Of a DNA stretch of 64,000 nucleotides, positions 9,855 through 19,787 are shown in pieces. How positions within the stretch are numbered: position 1 is the first letter of the stretch; each line of letters opens with the position of its first letter. Source of the DNA: Nannocystis bainbridge (GTDB taxonomy: Bacteria; Myxococcota_A; Polyangia; Nannocystales; Nannocystaceae); contig NZ_JAQNDL010000001.1 of the NCBI RefSeq assembly GCF_028368995.1, positions 1,216,001-1,280,000 of the forward strand, read 5' to 3'. The position numbers and the translations under genes are program-made. The notes beneath the pieces were generated by a model. It saw nothing but the letters and a program-made list of their open reading frames with translations, did no database searches and was not told the origin of the DNA.

Positions 9855-10564
9855 CGCGCGGCCTCCTGCGCCCGCAGGCGCTCGCTCAGCCGGTCGAGCT
9901 CCCGGGCTCGGCTCAGGCTCACCGCCGAGTACACGGCGCTCCCGGTGATGACGAGGGTCGTGCCGGCGACCAGGGCGACTCGGCCGGTCGTCCACGAGCT
10001 CGGGCTCGGCGGCTCGGGCTGTGTCGACACGCCACCGCCGTTGGTCGGGGTGACGTCGCCGCTGGCCTGGGTCGAGCTGGTTGCGTGGGCCGTCGGCTGC
10101 GCGCCAGGTATGACCCAGCCGACCGGGTGCCACCATTTCTTGATGGTGGCGATGTCCCATAATTCGAGCGCCCGGTAGAGCGGCTCCCACGCCGCTCCCT
10201 CGGAGGAGTTGCGATCGGGCAGCCGATTCGCGGGATCGGCATCGGGAGAGAGAGCCTGTCCCAGGAGCAGGGTGAGCGCCGCGGGCGGCGTGATGGTCCC
10301 GAAGGTCGGCAAGCCGACAACCACGCCACCGCCGCCGCGGGGCGTGGTCGTCCGGACCGCCGACCACGGCCAGTCCGCGGCTGGCGCCAGCTTGACACGC
10401 GCCATGAAACCGGCGCGCGCCGGCTCGCTGGCCTCGTCGTAGGCAGCGCGGAGCAGCTGCGCGACGTCCTCCTCACGCAGGAGCCGCTCGGGACCCTTCA
10501 GCGTGCGCTCGGCCGCCGACAGCTCCATGAGGCGGGCGACGCGGTGTCGATCGATACTGGCCAT
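9851..10564 (-). CDS. hypothetical protein with Thr/Pro linker and C-terminal TM helix
   Basis: AAGGAG RBS, start MASIDRHR; TM VALVAGTTLVITGSAVYSAVSL. Confidence 0.8.
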   Translation of the reverse strand: MASIDRHRVARLMELSAAERTLKGPERLLREEDVAQLLRAAYDEASEPARAGFMARVKLAPAADWPWSAVRTTTPRGGGGVVVGLPTFGTITPPAALTLLLGQALSPDADPANRLPDRNSSEGAAWEPLYRALELWDIATIKKWWHPVGWVIPGAQPTAHATSSTQASGDVTPTNGGGVSTQPEPPSPSSWTTGRVALVAGTTLVITGSAVYSAVSLSRARELDRLSERLRAQEAAR

Positions 10565-10614
10565 GGTGGTGCTCCTTGACGAATGAGGAGAGTCGCGGCG
10601 CGAACCGACTGGAA

Positions 10615-11340
10615 TCAGTCGGCGACCCAGGTCCACTGCTCGCCGTTGTTCATGATGATCCCGCTGCGCTGAATGGCTTGCGCGATCGCACCGCCGGCGA
10701 ACAGGTCGCCCGCCGCGGCGTGGAGCGTGGGCATGCCCGGCCCCTTGCGCGTGACGGTGAGGACCGCATCGAGCGGCACGATCGAGCGCGTCGGGAGGGT
10801 GATGGTGCCGACGTTGACGCTGTCGTAGATGACGTGGAGCGTTCCGAGCCACCCCGGCAGCGCCGCGCTCGCGGTGAACCGCGCGACACGGACGCCGGTG
10901 TCGCGTGCCCTGAAGACGGCCTCGGACCACTCGCGGAGGCGCGAGCCGAGCTCGTTGACGCCGCCGATGCTCTCGATCAGCAGCTCGAGCTTGACGAGCG
11001 CCTGTGGCGGCGTGAACACGCGGAGTTCGTCGCTCGGACGGACGAGGGTGAGCCGCGTGTTATCAGCGCTGGGGGTGTACTGCGCACGGATCTGCGTCGG
11101 CGCGCCGGTCCGCACCTCGAGGAACGTCTGCGGGTCGAGTGGCTGCGTGGTCAGGATGCACGCGTGCAGCATGTAGGGGTCGCCCGCCGGGACCTGTCCC
11201 CAGAGACCGGCGGGCAGCACGCCGGCCGGCGCCGTCAGCTCAGCCTCGTTCCAGCCCTCCACGAGCTTGAACACGGGCTTCTCCGTGACCGGGGTCTGGC
11301 CGTCGAAGCCGCCGCGGGTGATGAGCTTGATCTTGTTCAT
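10615..11340 (-). CDS. beta-rich hypothetical protein (candidate structural/spike protein)
   Basis: Start MNKIKLITRGG 8 nt after the upstream stop; many alternating hydrophobic strands (LHVIYD, TITLP, LTVTRKG, WTWV). Confidence 0.8.
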   Translation of the reverse strand: MNKIKLITRGGFDGQTPVTEKPVFKLVEGWNEAELTAPAGVLPAGLWGQVPAGDPYMLHACILTTQPLDPQTFLEVRTGAPTQIRAQYTPSADNTRLTLVRPSDELRVFTPPQALVKLELLIESIGGVNELGSRLREWSEAVFRARDTGVRVARFTASAALPGWLGTLHVIYDSVNVGTITLPTRSIVPLDAVLTVTRKGPGMPTLHAAAGDLFAGGAIAQAIQRSGIIMNNGEQWTWVAD

Positions 11341-11348
11341 CGTTGGCC

Positions 11349-12032
11349 CTACTTCTCGCTCCCGCCCTTGCACCCGCGCTGGCACGAGCGGCCCGCCGCG
11401 CAGGAGGAGCAGCACTTGACCGCGTTGGCGTGCTCGACGTGGAGGCGGATGTTCTCGATCTGGTTCGCGTTGCCCAGGTGGCTGATGCGTACGCGCAGCC
11501 GGTTGTTGCCGCCGATGCAGCAGTGTTCGCCCATCGCCAGCGGGATCGGCAGCTTGCCCTCGCCGATCACGGTGTTGTCGTTGTTGTAGATCTCGCTGCC
11601 GTACTGAATCGCGTCGAGCGGCTCGGTGTCCACGAACCACTCGATCCGGATGTCGTCGTGGTTGTTCGCGTTGTTGGCCAAGCGGTAACGAAGCACGTAG
11701 CAGGCCGTGGGCCATGGCGGGTAGGCGGCCTGGGACAGAACGACCGACGAGCCTGGCGCCAGCGGGATCTGGCCCTCCACTACCTGATCGATGTTGGTGC
11801 GGCCGCCGCGGTAGAACCGAGCCACCGTGATCGGCGCGTACAGCAAGTTCTCGCAGCCGATCTTCGGCACGCCCATGCCGCACGCGGGCAGGTCGCCCTC
11901 GGTTGTCGGCAACGCGCCAACGCCGCCCATGCGCGCGAGATTCTGCGCGATCTCGACGCTGCCCATGCGCACGAGGTTCTCGGCGATCTCGCGGCCGAGC
12001 AGCTTCACAGTCTCTTGTTTCTCGATATCCAT
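11349..12032 (-). CDS. beta-rich hypothetical protein (candidate single jelly-roll capsid-like protein) with a Cys-rich tail
   Basis: Strong AGGAG RBS; strand-like segments YVLRYRL, IRIEWFVD, LRVRISH, IRLHVEH; C-terminal CCSSCAAGRSCQRGC. The ORF is solid; the fold is inferred. Confidence 0.75.
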   Translation of the reverse strand: MDIEKQETVKLLGREIAENLVRMGSVEIAQNLARMGGVGALPTTEGDLPACGMGVPKIGCENLLYAPITVARFYRGGRTNIDQVVEGQIPLAPGSSVVLSQAAYPPWPTACYVLRYRLANNANNHDDIRIEWFVDTEPLDAIQYGSEIYNNDNTVIGEGKLPIPLAMGEHCCIGGNNRLRVRISHLGNANQIENIRLHVEHANAVKCCSSCAAGRSCQRGCKGGSEK

Positions 12033-12117
12033 CGTATCTCCTGATTGTGCGTAGAGTGATCCTGTCCCTCATCCGCACGGGACGAGGGATGATTGTGGTG
12101 ATCTTGTAATTGTCAGA

Positions 12118-12531
12118 TTACGCGCGACACGAGTCGCCGGTCATGCGAACGCCGAGGAGCTCCGCGAGACCGTCCGTGGTGGAGCGAGCGTCGGCCGCCG
12201 GGGCGCCAGTGGCGATGCTGGACGCCGCGGGTTGCTGGCGGCCCGTCAGCTCGAGGAACTGCTCATCCGCGGTCCGTGGCGTGGACAGGCTGGGCATCTG
12301 GGACGCACTGCGGACCTGGGTCGTTGTGGGGGCCTGCGCTTCAGCGACAAGCACGGGGATGGCGTGAGCCGACCACGTGAACACGAGGACGTGGCCCTCA
12401 GCCAAGTCGCGCGCGGCGTCGGTCGGGACCTCGAGCTTGATTTCGAGGCCGTCCGCGTCGACTGCATGCACGAGCACTCGTGCGGAGTGTCCGCGCATGA
12501 GCTCCCGGATCCGTGCGACCTGGGTTCTCAC
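12118..12531 (-). CDS. hypothetical protein (137 aa)
   Basis: GTG start in a GTGA overlap with the upstream gene. Confidence 0.7.
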   Translation of the reverse strand: MRTQVARIRELMRGHSARVLVHAVDADGLEIKLEVPTDAARDLAEGHVLVFTWSAHAIPVLVAEAQAPTTTQVRSASQMPSLSTPRTADEQFLELTGRQQPAASSIATGAPAADARSTTDGLAELLGVRMTGDSCRA

Positions 12532-12968
12532 GCGCCGCCCCCCTGACCCGGCACCAGGCGGGTGTACGCGAACGTGCTCGCCGCATAGGCGGCGCCGCCG
12601 ACCGCGATCGTGGCGCGGGCGACGAGGCTGACGTCGGCCGCGGCCGCGGCGATCACGGCGATCACGCCCGCTGCTGCGAGCGGCGGGACCGGCCCGACGC
12701 GGACGTCGAGGGTCTTCTGCGCGATCATGCCGGTCGCCACGCCAGCCGCCCCGCTCGCCGCGAGCATCAGGACCTCCTGCCATCGGCCCCGGCGGAGCTG
12801 GCCGACCATCGCCGACGCCTCGGTGTCGGTGCTCGCGCGCCGGATAGCCTGGGCGGTGTCGAGGTCGTGCGCGGCGTAGTAGTGATCGATGATCATCTTC
12901 ATCGCCTTGCCCATGCCGCGCTCCTCCATGCGGAGGCTCTCGCCGGGCGTCTGTGGTGATTCTGCCAT
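12528..12968 (-). CDS. small multi-pass membrane protein
   Basis: GGAGGGG RBS; three Ala/Gly-rich hydrophobic segments. Confidence 0.8.
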   Translation of the reverse strand: MAESPQTPGESLRMEERGMGKAMKMIIDHYYAAHDLDTAQAIRRASTDTEASAMVGQLRRGRWQEVLMLAASGAAGVATGMIAQKTLDVRVGPVPPLAAAGVIAVIAAAAADVSLVARATIAVGGAAYAASTFAYTRLVPGQGGGA

Positions 12969-12986
12969 TGTCTTGATCCCCTCCCT

Positions 12987-13592
12987 CTACGATGGTTGGC
13001 CGCCGATGTTGCTAAAGCCGGCGATGAGGTCGCTGGTGGTGATGCCCTCGGCCTCGGGCTTCTTCCGGCCGAACTGAGCGGCCCGGAAGGCCGCGTGCTC
13101 GGCCGCGGCGGCGATGTGCAGGCCGCGGTCGAAGGTGTCAATCTCCTTGAGCGCCTCCCGGTGCTGACGGCGCTGGTCGGAGCACTCCTTGGAGTATTCG
13201 CGGAGGTCCTTCATCTGCTCGTCGAAGAGTCGTCGCGTGTTGGCGGCGGCGGCTTCGAAGGTCTGGAGCTGGAGCTGCGTGAGCGCGGCCAGGCTGCCGT
13301 GCATGAGCTCCGTGAAGGTCTTGAAGTCACCGAGTTGGAGCGCCATCGAGGCAGGCGCAGCCGCGGGCGCCTCTGCGGGCATCGTCGCGGTCTGCGGCGC
13401 CGTTGCGTCTGCTGGCGCAAATCGCCGTGCGAGCGCCGCGGTGTCGATGAGCTCGCCCTCCATGTAGATGCTCGCGTCCGAGACCCCGAAATGCCACCCG
13501 AGGATGAACGACGGAGCGGCATTGAGCTCCACGTCGACGTCGGTCACGAGCTCGTCGCTCACCAGCACCACGATCCTCGCCTTCGCCACCAT
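12987..13592 (-). CDS. hypothetical coiled-coil protein, first gene of the operon
   Basis: GGAGG RBS before ATG (MVAKARIVV); heptad-like helical C-terminal half. Confidence 0.75.
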   Translation of the reverse strand: MVAKARIVVLVSDELVTDVDVELNAAPSFILGWHFGVSDASIYMEGELIDTAALARRFAPADATAPQTATMPAEAPAAAPASMALQLGDFKTFTELMHGSLAALTQLQLQTFEAAAANTRRLFDEQMKDLREYSKECSDQRRQHREALKEIDTFDRGLHIAAAAEHAAFRAAQFGRKKPEAEGITTSDLIAGFSNIGGQPS

Positions 13593-13925
13593 CGCTGACC
13601 TCCGGATTGAAGCTGAAACACCTCGTCCGTGTGAGTCAACCAGTATTTTTTGACAATCGACTGCTCGCATTCGTGCATCGGCAATTCGAGGGTGCGCGGA
13701 ATGCCATCGGGAATGTGCCGAGCTCGATTGATTTCGCTCATTATAATCGATGCATCGTCCGATCATCGACGCGACACCCAGGGTCTACCGGCCAGCGAAC
13801 CGGTGGCATAGCCACGTTATCCTGGGCGTGACGGCGATCCTAGAGCCGTGAAGCGTCAGGCGCCGGAACGTCGGCTACGCGGGTCCTGCACGACGATCCA
13901 GGATTTTTGACGTGACTGACGAGTC

Positions 13926-15704
13926 GTGTACCGTGCTCGCGTCGACTGGTCGCAGGTGTCCGAGAAGGCCAAACAACTGCTCGATGCATGGTGGCGTGAA
14001 TACGAAGCCTGCAAGCGGGGCTGCGATTCACTGGTGCTCGGCGAGCACGTGCGTGACGGGCGAGTGCATATCCATGGCGACGTCCGATCGGACTGCGCGA
14101 TGGTCTATGTCCACCCGTCCGGCTGCGTGACGCCGGTCGTCCTCGGCGACCACCGCGCGTGCATGGCCGCCTGCTGGCACGTGAGCGCAGCGGAGATCGA
14201 GATGTGGGACCGGGCGAAGCACCCGCCGCCCGCCGTGTGCATCGGCGGCGTCGATCGCCTCTTCACGCCGCTGCGGGGCCGTGTCGTGGTCGGCGCCGTC
14301 GAGGATGGGACGGCCGTCGTGTTGCTCGGCTTCCTCGGCACGCGCTGGGCAGTCGCGTACTGCGAGCCCGGGCGGCTGGAGTGGATCACTGCTGGCGACC
14401 GGCTCGGGACCCTCGACCTGGACGTGTGGCGGGTGATGCACCCGCGCCCGACGCCGGCATCGCCGCGGAAGTCGTCCGCGCCGCCGCCTCGGCCCGATCC
14501 GCAGCTCGACAGGATCCGCGAGCTCCACCGCCGTGTGCGCGGAGACTTCGGCGACGACGATCCGGTGACGGAGATCGGCGAGGTCGTCGTGAAGTGCCTC
14601 GAGGCCCAGGTCGAGCGCGTGCCTTGCGACCCGCTGCGTGAGCGCCTGGACTTCCTCGTCGATCTCATCGTCGAGGCGGGCCGCCGGGGCCTCCGCGCCG
14701 ATCCGGTCGGCACCAAGAGGGAGCTCGCGGAGATGTTCTCCAGGGTGCTGAGCCGGGTCATCACGCCAGCGGAGCTGGGGGAGGCGCTGCTGGCCGCGCG
14801 GGAGCTGGGCTGCTGCTTCGTGTCACTTCATGGGCGCACGTGGACGCTTCGGCTGTGCGAGCTCGTCGATCTGCGATCCGAGTTGCATCGGCGCCTGCTC
14901 GAGCAATCCGTGTCGGGTTTCGTGCTCGGGCGTGCGTCACGCGGCGTGCGAACGCCGCCACCCACTGCACAAGCCACGAAGATGCAGCCGGCGCCGACAG
15001 ACGCCGGGCCGGCCGACAGTTCGGCTCCGACCTCGGCCACCGCTCTGCCTGCGGATTGGCTCGGTCTGATCACGAGCCTGTTGTTGGTCGCGAACCTGTT
15101 CGCGGCGACGCTCGAGCAAAGGACTAACGAATGCACCGAGTTTCGTGGGCAGGCGCAGCTCGGGCACTTGTCGCTGAAGCAGGTCCACGACTGCCGTGAG
15201 GTCGAGCGCGAGAGCTGGGCTGCGGAGCGCGAAGCGCTCGGGGGGCAGGTCGACGCGCTCCGTGCGGAACTCGCCGGGTTGCGGGCCGCGCGGGAGGCCC
15301 AGGCGGGCCGGGAACGGGAATTCTCTGGGCAGGTCGACGCGCTCCTTGCCGAGCTCGCCGCGGTCCGGGACGAGTTGGACGCTGCGGACCTCGAGATCGA
15401 TGCGCTGCGAAGACGCCAGGCCGAGGCCAGCGCGGCTCACGAGAGGCTCGCCGGATGTGTCGAGCGCGCGAGAGACTCCCGGCTTGCGGCGGCAGGGACG
15501 GCCGCTCGGTCGGACGACAGCGCGACCCGACCGGCCATGGCGATGAACCTCGGCGCCGGCCCTGCGATCGCACACACCTCGCCTCGCGAACCGGAGGTTG
15601 CGACGAACATCGAGTACAACATGCACGAGTTGGGCGCGCACGGGCCTCGCGGTCCTCCTGCATCGCCAGGGTGCTCACCGAGCCGTAGCGACTCTCCGCG
15701 CTGA
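13926..15704 (+). CDS. hypothetical multidomain protein (possible wHTH plus coiled coil), divergent from the operon
   Basis: 592-aa ORF; central GTKRELAEMFS...ELGCCFVSLHGRTWTL resembles a winged helix; long C-terminal coiled coil. Start is uncertain. Confidence 0.65.
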   Translation: MYRARVDWSQVSEKAKQLLDAWWREYEACKRGCDSLVLGEHVRDGRVHIHGDVRSDCAMVYVHPSGCVTPVVLGDHRACMAACWHVSAAEIEMWDRAKHPPPAVCIGGVDRLFTPLRGRVVVGAVEDGTAVVLLGFLGTRWAVAYCEPGRLEWITAGDRLGTLDLDVWRVMHPRPTPASPRKSSAPPPRPDPQLDRIRELHRRVRGDFGDDDPVTEIGEVVVKCLEAQVERVPCDPLRERLDFLVDLIVEAGRRGLRADPVGTKRELAEMFSRVLSRVITPAELGEALLAARELGCCFVSLHGRTWTLRLCELVDLRSELHRRLLEQSVSGFVLGRASRGVRTPPPTAQATKMQPAPTDAGPADSSAPTSATALPADWLGLITSLLLVANLFAATLEQRTNECTEFRGQAQLGHLSLKQVHDCREVERESWAAEREALGGQVDALRAELAGLRAAREAQAGREREFSGQVDALLAELAAVRDELDAADLEIDALRRRQAEASAAHERLAGCVERARDSRLAAAGTAARSDDSATRPAMAMNLGAGPAIAHTSPREPEVATNIEYNMHELGAHGPRGPPASPGCSPSRSDSPR

Positions 15705-16188
15705 CCTGGCCTCACCGGGGACGTGCTGTGTTGCATGCGGAATATCTGGTGAATGCGTGAACAAAGCCGCTCACACGCCGCAGGATGACTCTGGCGTCCA
15801 GTCTGGGACACCCTCGATATCATCGGGATTCCTCCAGACAATCTAAAAGACTCGAGCAGTCGCTCGCCAAGTTCGCACCGCCTCCGGGCTCGACGCCGGG
15901 GGCGGGGCCGACGACGAAACCGAAGCTCGGGGACCGGGCGGCGTCGGTGGGAATCCCTGCGCCGCCGGATCTGCTGGTCAGCGAGGCACGCGCGCGTGTG
16001 GGGGCGCCATCTCGAGCCCGTGCCGCCACCACGGGTGGAACCATGGGTCCGCTCGAATGGTCGAGCTTGCTGGCTTTCACGATGGAGGTGCATGCTCGAC
16101 GGCTGACCGTCACAACCAAGATCGTCACGCAGCCGCCACCCGCCACGACGGTTGTCAAACCGCGGCGGCGCGGCGAGGATGCAGGCTG

Positions 16189-16863
16189 ATGCACGTGCTC
16201 ATCGTGGATGACGACGAGGAGACGCTCGAGCTGGTGGCGAGTACGCTGCGGCGCGAGGGGCACCGCTCGACGCCGGCGACCGGGCCGGAAGAGGCCTTGC
16301 GGGCGGTCGCCGCGGGCGAGTTCGACGTCATCGTCCTCGACGTCATGCTCGGCCAGGCCTCGGGTCTCGAGCTGTGTGCGGAGCTGCGCCGACGCGAGGT
16401 CCAGGCGCCGATCCTGTTCCTCAGCGCGCGGGGCACCGTCGGCGCTCGCGTCGACGGACTCGACGCCGGGGGCGACGACTACTTGCCCAAACCCTTCGCG
16501 GTGCGCGAGCTGTTGGCCCGGATCCGGGCCCTCGGGCGACGCGGGCCCAGCCTGCGGCCGTCCGTGCTCCGCGCCGGCGAGGTGCTGCTCGACTTCACCG
16601 CCCGCAAGGCCTTCGTGGCCGGCCGCGAGGTGCCGGTCACGGCGCGCGAATGGGACGTCCTGCGCGTGCTGGCGGATGCCCGCGGTCGCGTCGTCAGCTT
16701 CGACGACATCCTCGAGCGCTCGTGGGGCGAGGTCTCCGAGAAGACGCGGGCCAGCCTGGAGGTCATCATGTCGCGGCTGCGGCGCAAGCTCGACGCCGGC
16801 AGCGAGCGCGGGCTGGTCCGGACGGTTCGCGGCTTCGGCTACGCGCTGGAGCTCGAGCCATGA
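16189..16863 (+). CDS. OmpR-family response regulator
   Basis: VLIVDDD, VIVLDVML, DDYLPKPF, VRTVRGFGY. Confidence 0.95.
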   Translation: MHVLIVDDDEETLELVASTLRREGHRSTPATGPEEALRAVAAGEFDVIVLDVMLGQASGLELCAELRRREVQAPILFLSARGTVGARVDGLDAGGDDYLPKPFAVRELLARIRALGRRGPSLRPSVLRAGEVLLDFTARKAFVAGREVPVTAREWDVLRVLADARGRVVSFDDILERSWGEVSEKTRASLEVIMSRLRRKLDAGSERGLVRTVRGFGYALELEP

Positions 16864-18209
16864 GGCGGCGCGTGTCCGTCGTCCAGACGGTCCTGAAGGC
16901 CTACCTGGTCAGCGTGATCGCGTTCGCCGTGGCCACCGTCGCCGTCGGCAGTGCGGCAATGCTGGTGATCATGGTCCGCCGCGACGACGCGCACGCGACC
17001 GCGCTGGCGCGCACCCTCGGCACCGAGCTCCGCGATCACGAGGCCGATCCGCGGCCCGAGAAGGACGCGCTGATCGCCCCCGAATTGCAGGCCGAGCAGT
17101 GGTTCGGCCGCCGCATCGAGGCCTGGCGCGGCACCGAACGAATCGGCGGGCCGAGCGCGCGCGGCGTCCTGGCCGGCTGGGTGGGCGAGCAAGGCTGCCG
17201 CCAGGTCGAGCTGCAGGGGACGTGGTCGCGGGTCTGCGCAATCGAGACGGACGCGGCGATCACGATCGTGGTCGCCTCGCCGCTGGCCGCGATCCTCGCC
17301 GACGTGGTGCCGCTGATCGGGGCGATGATCGTGACGGCCCTCGCGGTGACCGTGGCCCTGTCGATCCTCGGCCGCGGCTGGCTCCGTCGCCGCCTGTCGC
17401 CGCTCGCGGAGTTCGAGCGCCAGATCGGCGGCTTGCAGGTGCTCGATCGCAACCAGCGGATCGAGAGCGACTGGGGCGTGGCCGAGGTCGACACCCTGGC
17501 CTCGACCCTCAACTCGCTATTCGAGCGGATCCAGCGGTCGGTCGAGCGCGAGCAGCGGTTCGTCGCCGACGCCGCGCACGAGCTGCGCACGCCGCTGACG
17601 CGCCTGTGCGGCCAGCTCGAGCTGGCGAGCGAGGAGCTGCCCGTGGGCTCCGAGCTCCACGACCGGGTCACCGCGGCCGCGCGCACCAGCCAGGAGCTCG
17701 GCCGGACGATGGAGATCCTGCTAGCGCTGGCCCGCAACCAGGCCATCACCGGCGAGGCCGTCGACCTCGACGAGGTGGTCACTGCCTGCGTCGCCTCGCT
17801 TCCGCCCGCCGAGGCCGCCCGCGTCCACGTCCGCCGGGGCGAGCCGGCGATCGTCCGCGGAGACGAGCTCCTGCTGCGCCTGGCGTTGGGTAACCTGCTG
17901 GACAACGCGCTCAAGTACTCGCCAGGCGCCGTCGAGATCGGCACGTACGCCGGCGAGGACGAAGCCGTCGTGCAGGTCGACGACCATGGGCCGGGCCTGT
18001 CCGAGGCCGACCTGACCCGGATCCGCACGCCCTTCGTCCGCGGTAGCAACCATGCGCGCCGCGTCCGCGGCGCCGGCTTGGGCCTAGCCCTCGTCGAACA
18101 CGTGGCCGCGCTGCACCGCGGCGCCCTGGGGCTGGCCAACACCGGCGACGGCCTCCGCGCCACCCTCCGGTTCTCATCGTGGCGCTCTTCCGCGTTAGGC
18201 GACGGTTAA
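16860..18209 (+). CDS. HAMP sensor histidine kinase
   Basis: Two TM segments; H-box AAHELRTPL; NLLDNALKY; DHGPG; GAGLGL; ATGA overlap. Confidence 0.95.
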   Translation: MRRRVSVVQTVLKAYLVSVIAFAVATVAVGSAAMLVIMVRRDDAHATALARTLGTELRDHEADPRPEKDALIAPELQAEQWFGRRIEAWRGTERIGGPSARGVLAGWVGEQGCRQVELQGTWSRVCAIETDAAITIVVASPLAAILADVVPLIGAMIVTALAVTVALSILGRGWLRRRLSPLAEFERQIGGLQVLDRNQRIESDWGVAEVDTLASTLNSLFERIQRSVEREQRFVADAAHELRTPLTRLCGQLELASEELPVGSELHDRVTAAARTSQELGRTMEILLALARNQAITGEAVDLDEVVTACVASLPPAEAARVHVRRGEPAIVRGDELLLRLALGNLLDNALKYSPGAVEIGTYAGEDEAVVQVDDHGPGLSEADLTRIRTPFVRGSNHARRVRGAGLGLALVEHVAALHRGALGLANTGDGLRATLRFSSWRSSALGDG

Positions 18210-18341
18210 GCCTATACGTGTAGCCTCCGTCGCGGTGACCCGGGCGACGACCTCCACGCGCGCATATCACGAGCGGCGTTCGCCTGGGCGCAGCGAGTTT
18301 CAGCAGCGACGCGTTCGCCGGGTCGCAGCGAGGTTCCGGCA

Positions 18342-19787
18342 ATGACACGTTCGTCGGGCCGCGAGCTGCCCGCGGCGACACGGTCGTGGAGCCGCAGCGA
18401 AGTCCTTACCGCGACGCGACGGCTCGGGTGGGCGGCCGCGGTGCTGCTGGTGATCGGATGCGCTCAATCCCGCTTCGACCGTGAGTGGGTCACGGGCGAG
18501 CTGGCGGACCGCGTGCCGGGCGTCGTCGTCGGCGCGCCGGAGGCGGGACAGGAGCCGACGCTGCCGGTTGGTGTCTCGCTGGCTGACGGCCTCGACGAAG
18601 GCGAGGCCGTCAGCGTCGCGCTGTGGAACAGCCCCTCGTTCCAGGCCGACCTCGCTCAGCTGGCGGTCGCCCGCGCCGACCTGGCCGACGCCGGGGCCCT
18701 GCCGAACCCGATGTTGACCATGCTGTTCCCGCTCGGGCCGCATCAACTGAGTGGGTACCTGCTGGTCCCGCTCGCAGCGCTGGCACAGCGCCCGGCCCGC
18801 GTCCGGGCTGCCCAGCGCGACGTGGAGCGCGTCGCCGACTCTCTAGTCCAGACCGGCCTCGATTTGATCCGGGACGTCCGGCTCGCCCACGCCGACGCCG
18901 CCGCCGCCGCCGAACGGGGCCGGGCCCGGGTGGAGCTGGTGGGCCTGTGGACGGAGAGCGAGAAGCTGGCCCAGGCGCGCGTCGACGCCGGGGACACCAG
19001 TCGGCTCGAGCGCGACGCGATCCGGGCCGAGGCCCTCCTGGCCGCCGACCTGGCCGCGCGCGCCGAGCACGACGCGGCGCTCGCCCGCCTGCGCTTGCGG
19101 CAGCTCCTCGGGGTGACGAGCGCGACGTTGCCCGACGACACCCCCGTGATCGCCGACGCTGGAGCGCTGCCGAAAGACCCAGACGGGCTCATGCGCGAGG
19201 CGCTGGCGGCCCGCCCCGACCTCCGCGCCGCCGAGCTGGCGGTCGAGGCGGCCGGCAAGCGCCTCGGGCTCGAGCGGGCGCGGATCTTCCAGGGCCTCCT
19301 GCGCGTCGACGGCCAGCTCGACGCGCAGGGCTTCCACCCGTCGCTCGGCTTTCACCAGATCGAGCTGCCGATCTTCAACTGGAACCAGGGCGGCCGCGCG
19401 CGGGCGAAGGCGGAGCTGCAGCGAGCGCTGTGGCGCTACGCCCAACTGCGGCAGCAGATCGTCGCCGAGGTCGCGACCGCGGAGCTCCAGGCCCGCCTGG
19501 CCCACGAGTCGCTGACGCGCTGGGACGAGCAAGTGCAGACGCTGACGCGTACGGTCGCCGCCGCGACCAGCAGTTTCCGCGCCGGGTCCGACTCCTACGT
19601 CGTCGTCCTCGACGCCAACCGCCGCCTGCAGGACGCGCGGATACGCGAGATCGACCTCCGCGCCGATCTGCGCCGCGCCCTCGCCCAGCTCGACCGCAGC
19701 GTCGGCCGCCGTCTGACCCCGCCCTCGACCTCCTCCTCCGCTCCCCAGGGAGCCCAAGGGACCGGCGATGCCGCGACCCGCCCATGA
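18342..19787 (+). CDS. TolC/CzcC-family outer membrane efflux lipoprotein
   Basis: Lipobox LVIGC; OEP motifs ALAARPDLRAAE and ELPIFNWNQG. Confidence 0.9.
   Translation: MTRSSGRELPAATRSWSRSEVLTATRRLGWAAAVLLVIGCAQSRFDREWVTGELADRVPGVVVGAPEAGQEPTLPVGVSLADGLDEGEAVSVALWNSPSFQADLAQLAVARADLADAGALPNPMLTMLFPLGPHQLSGYLLVPLAALAQRPARVRAAQRDVERVADSLVQTGLDLIRDVRLAHADAAAAAERGRARVELVGLWTESEKLAQARVDAGDTSRLERDAIRAEALLAADLAARAEHDAALARLRLRQLLGVTSATLPDDTPVIADAGALPKDPDGLMREALAARPDLRAAELAVEAAGKRLGLERARIFQGLLRVDGQLDAQGFHPSLGFHQIELPIFNWNQGGRARAKAELQRALWRYAQLRQQIVAEVATAELQARLAHESLTRWDEQVQTLTRTVAAATSSFRAGSDSYVVVLDANRRLQDARIREIDLRADLRRALAQLDRSVGRRLTPPSTSSSAPQGAQGTGDAATRP

Noticed and set aside
1-13592. Canonical tailed prophage or type IV secretion ICE module
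   Set aside because: No recognisable terminase, portal, tail, VirB4, relaxase or coupling protein motifs in the window.
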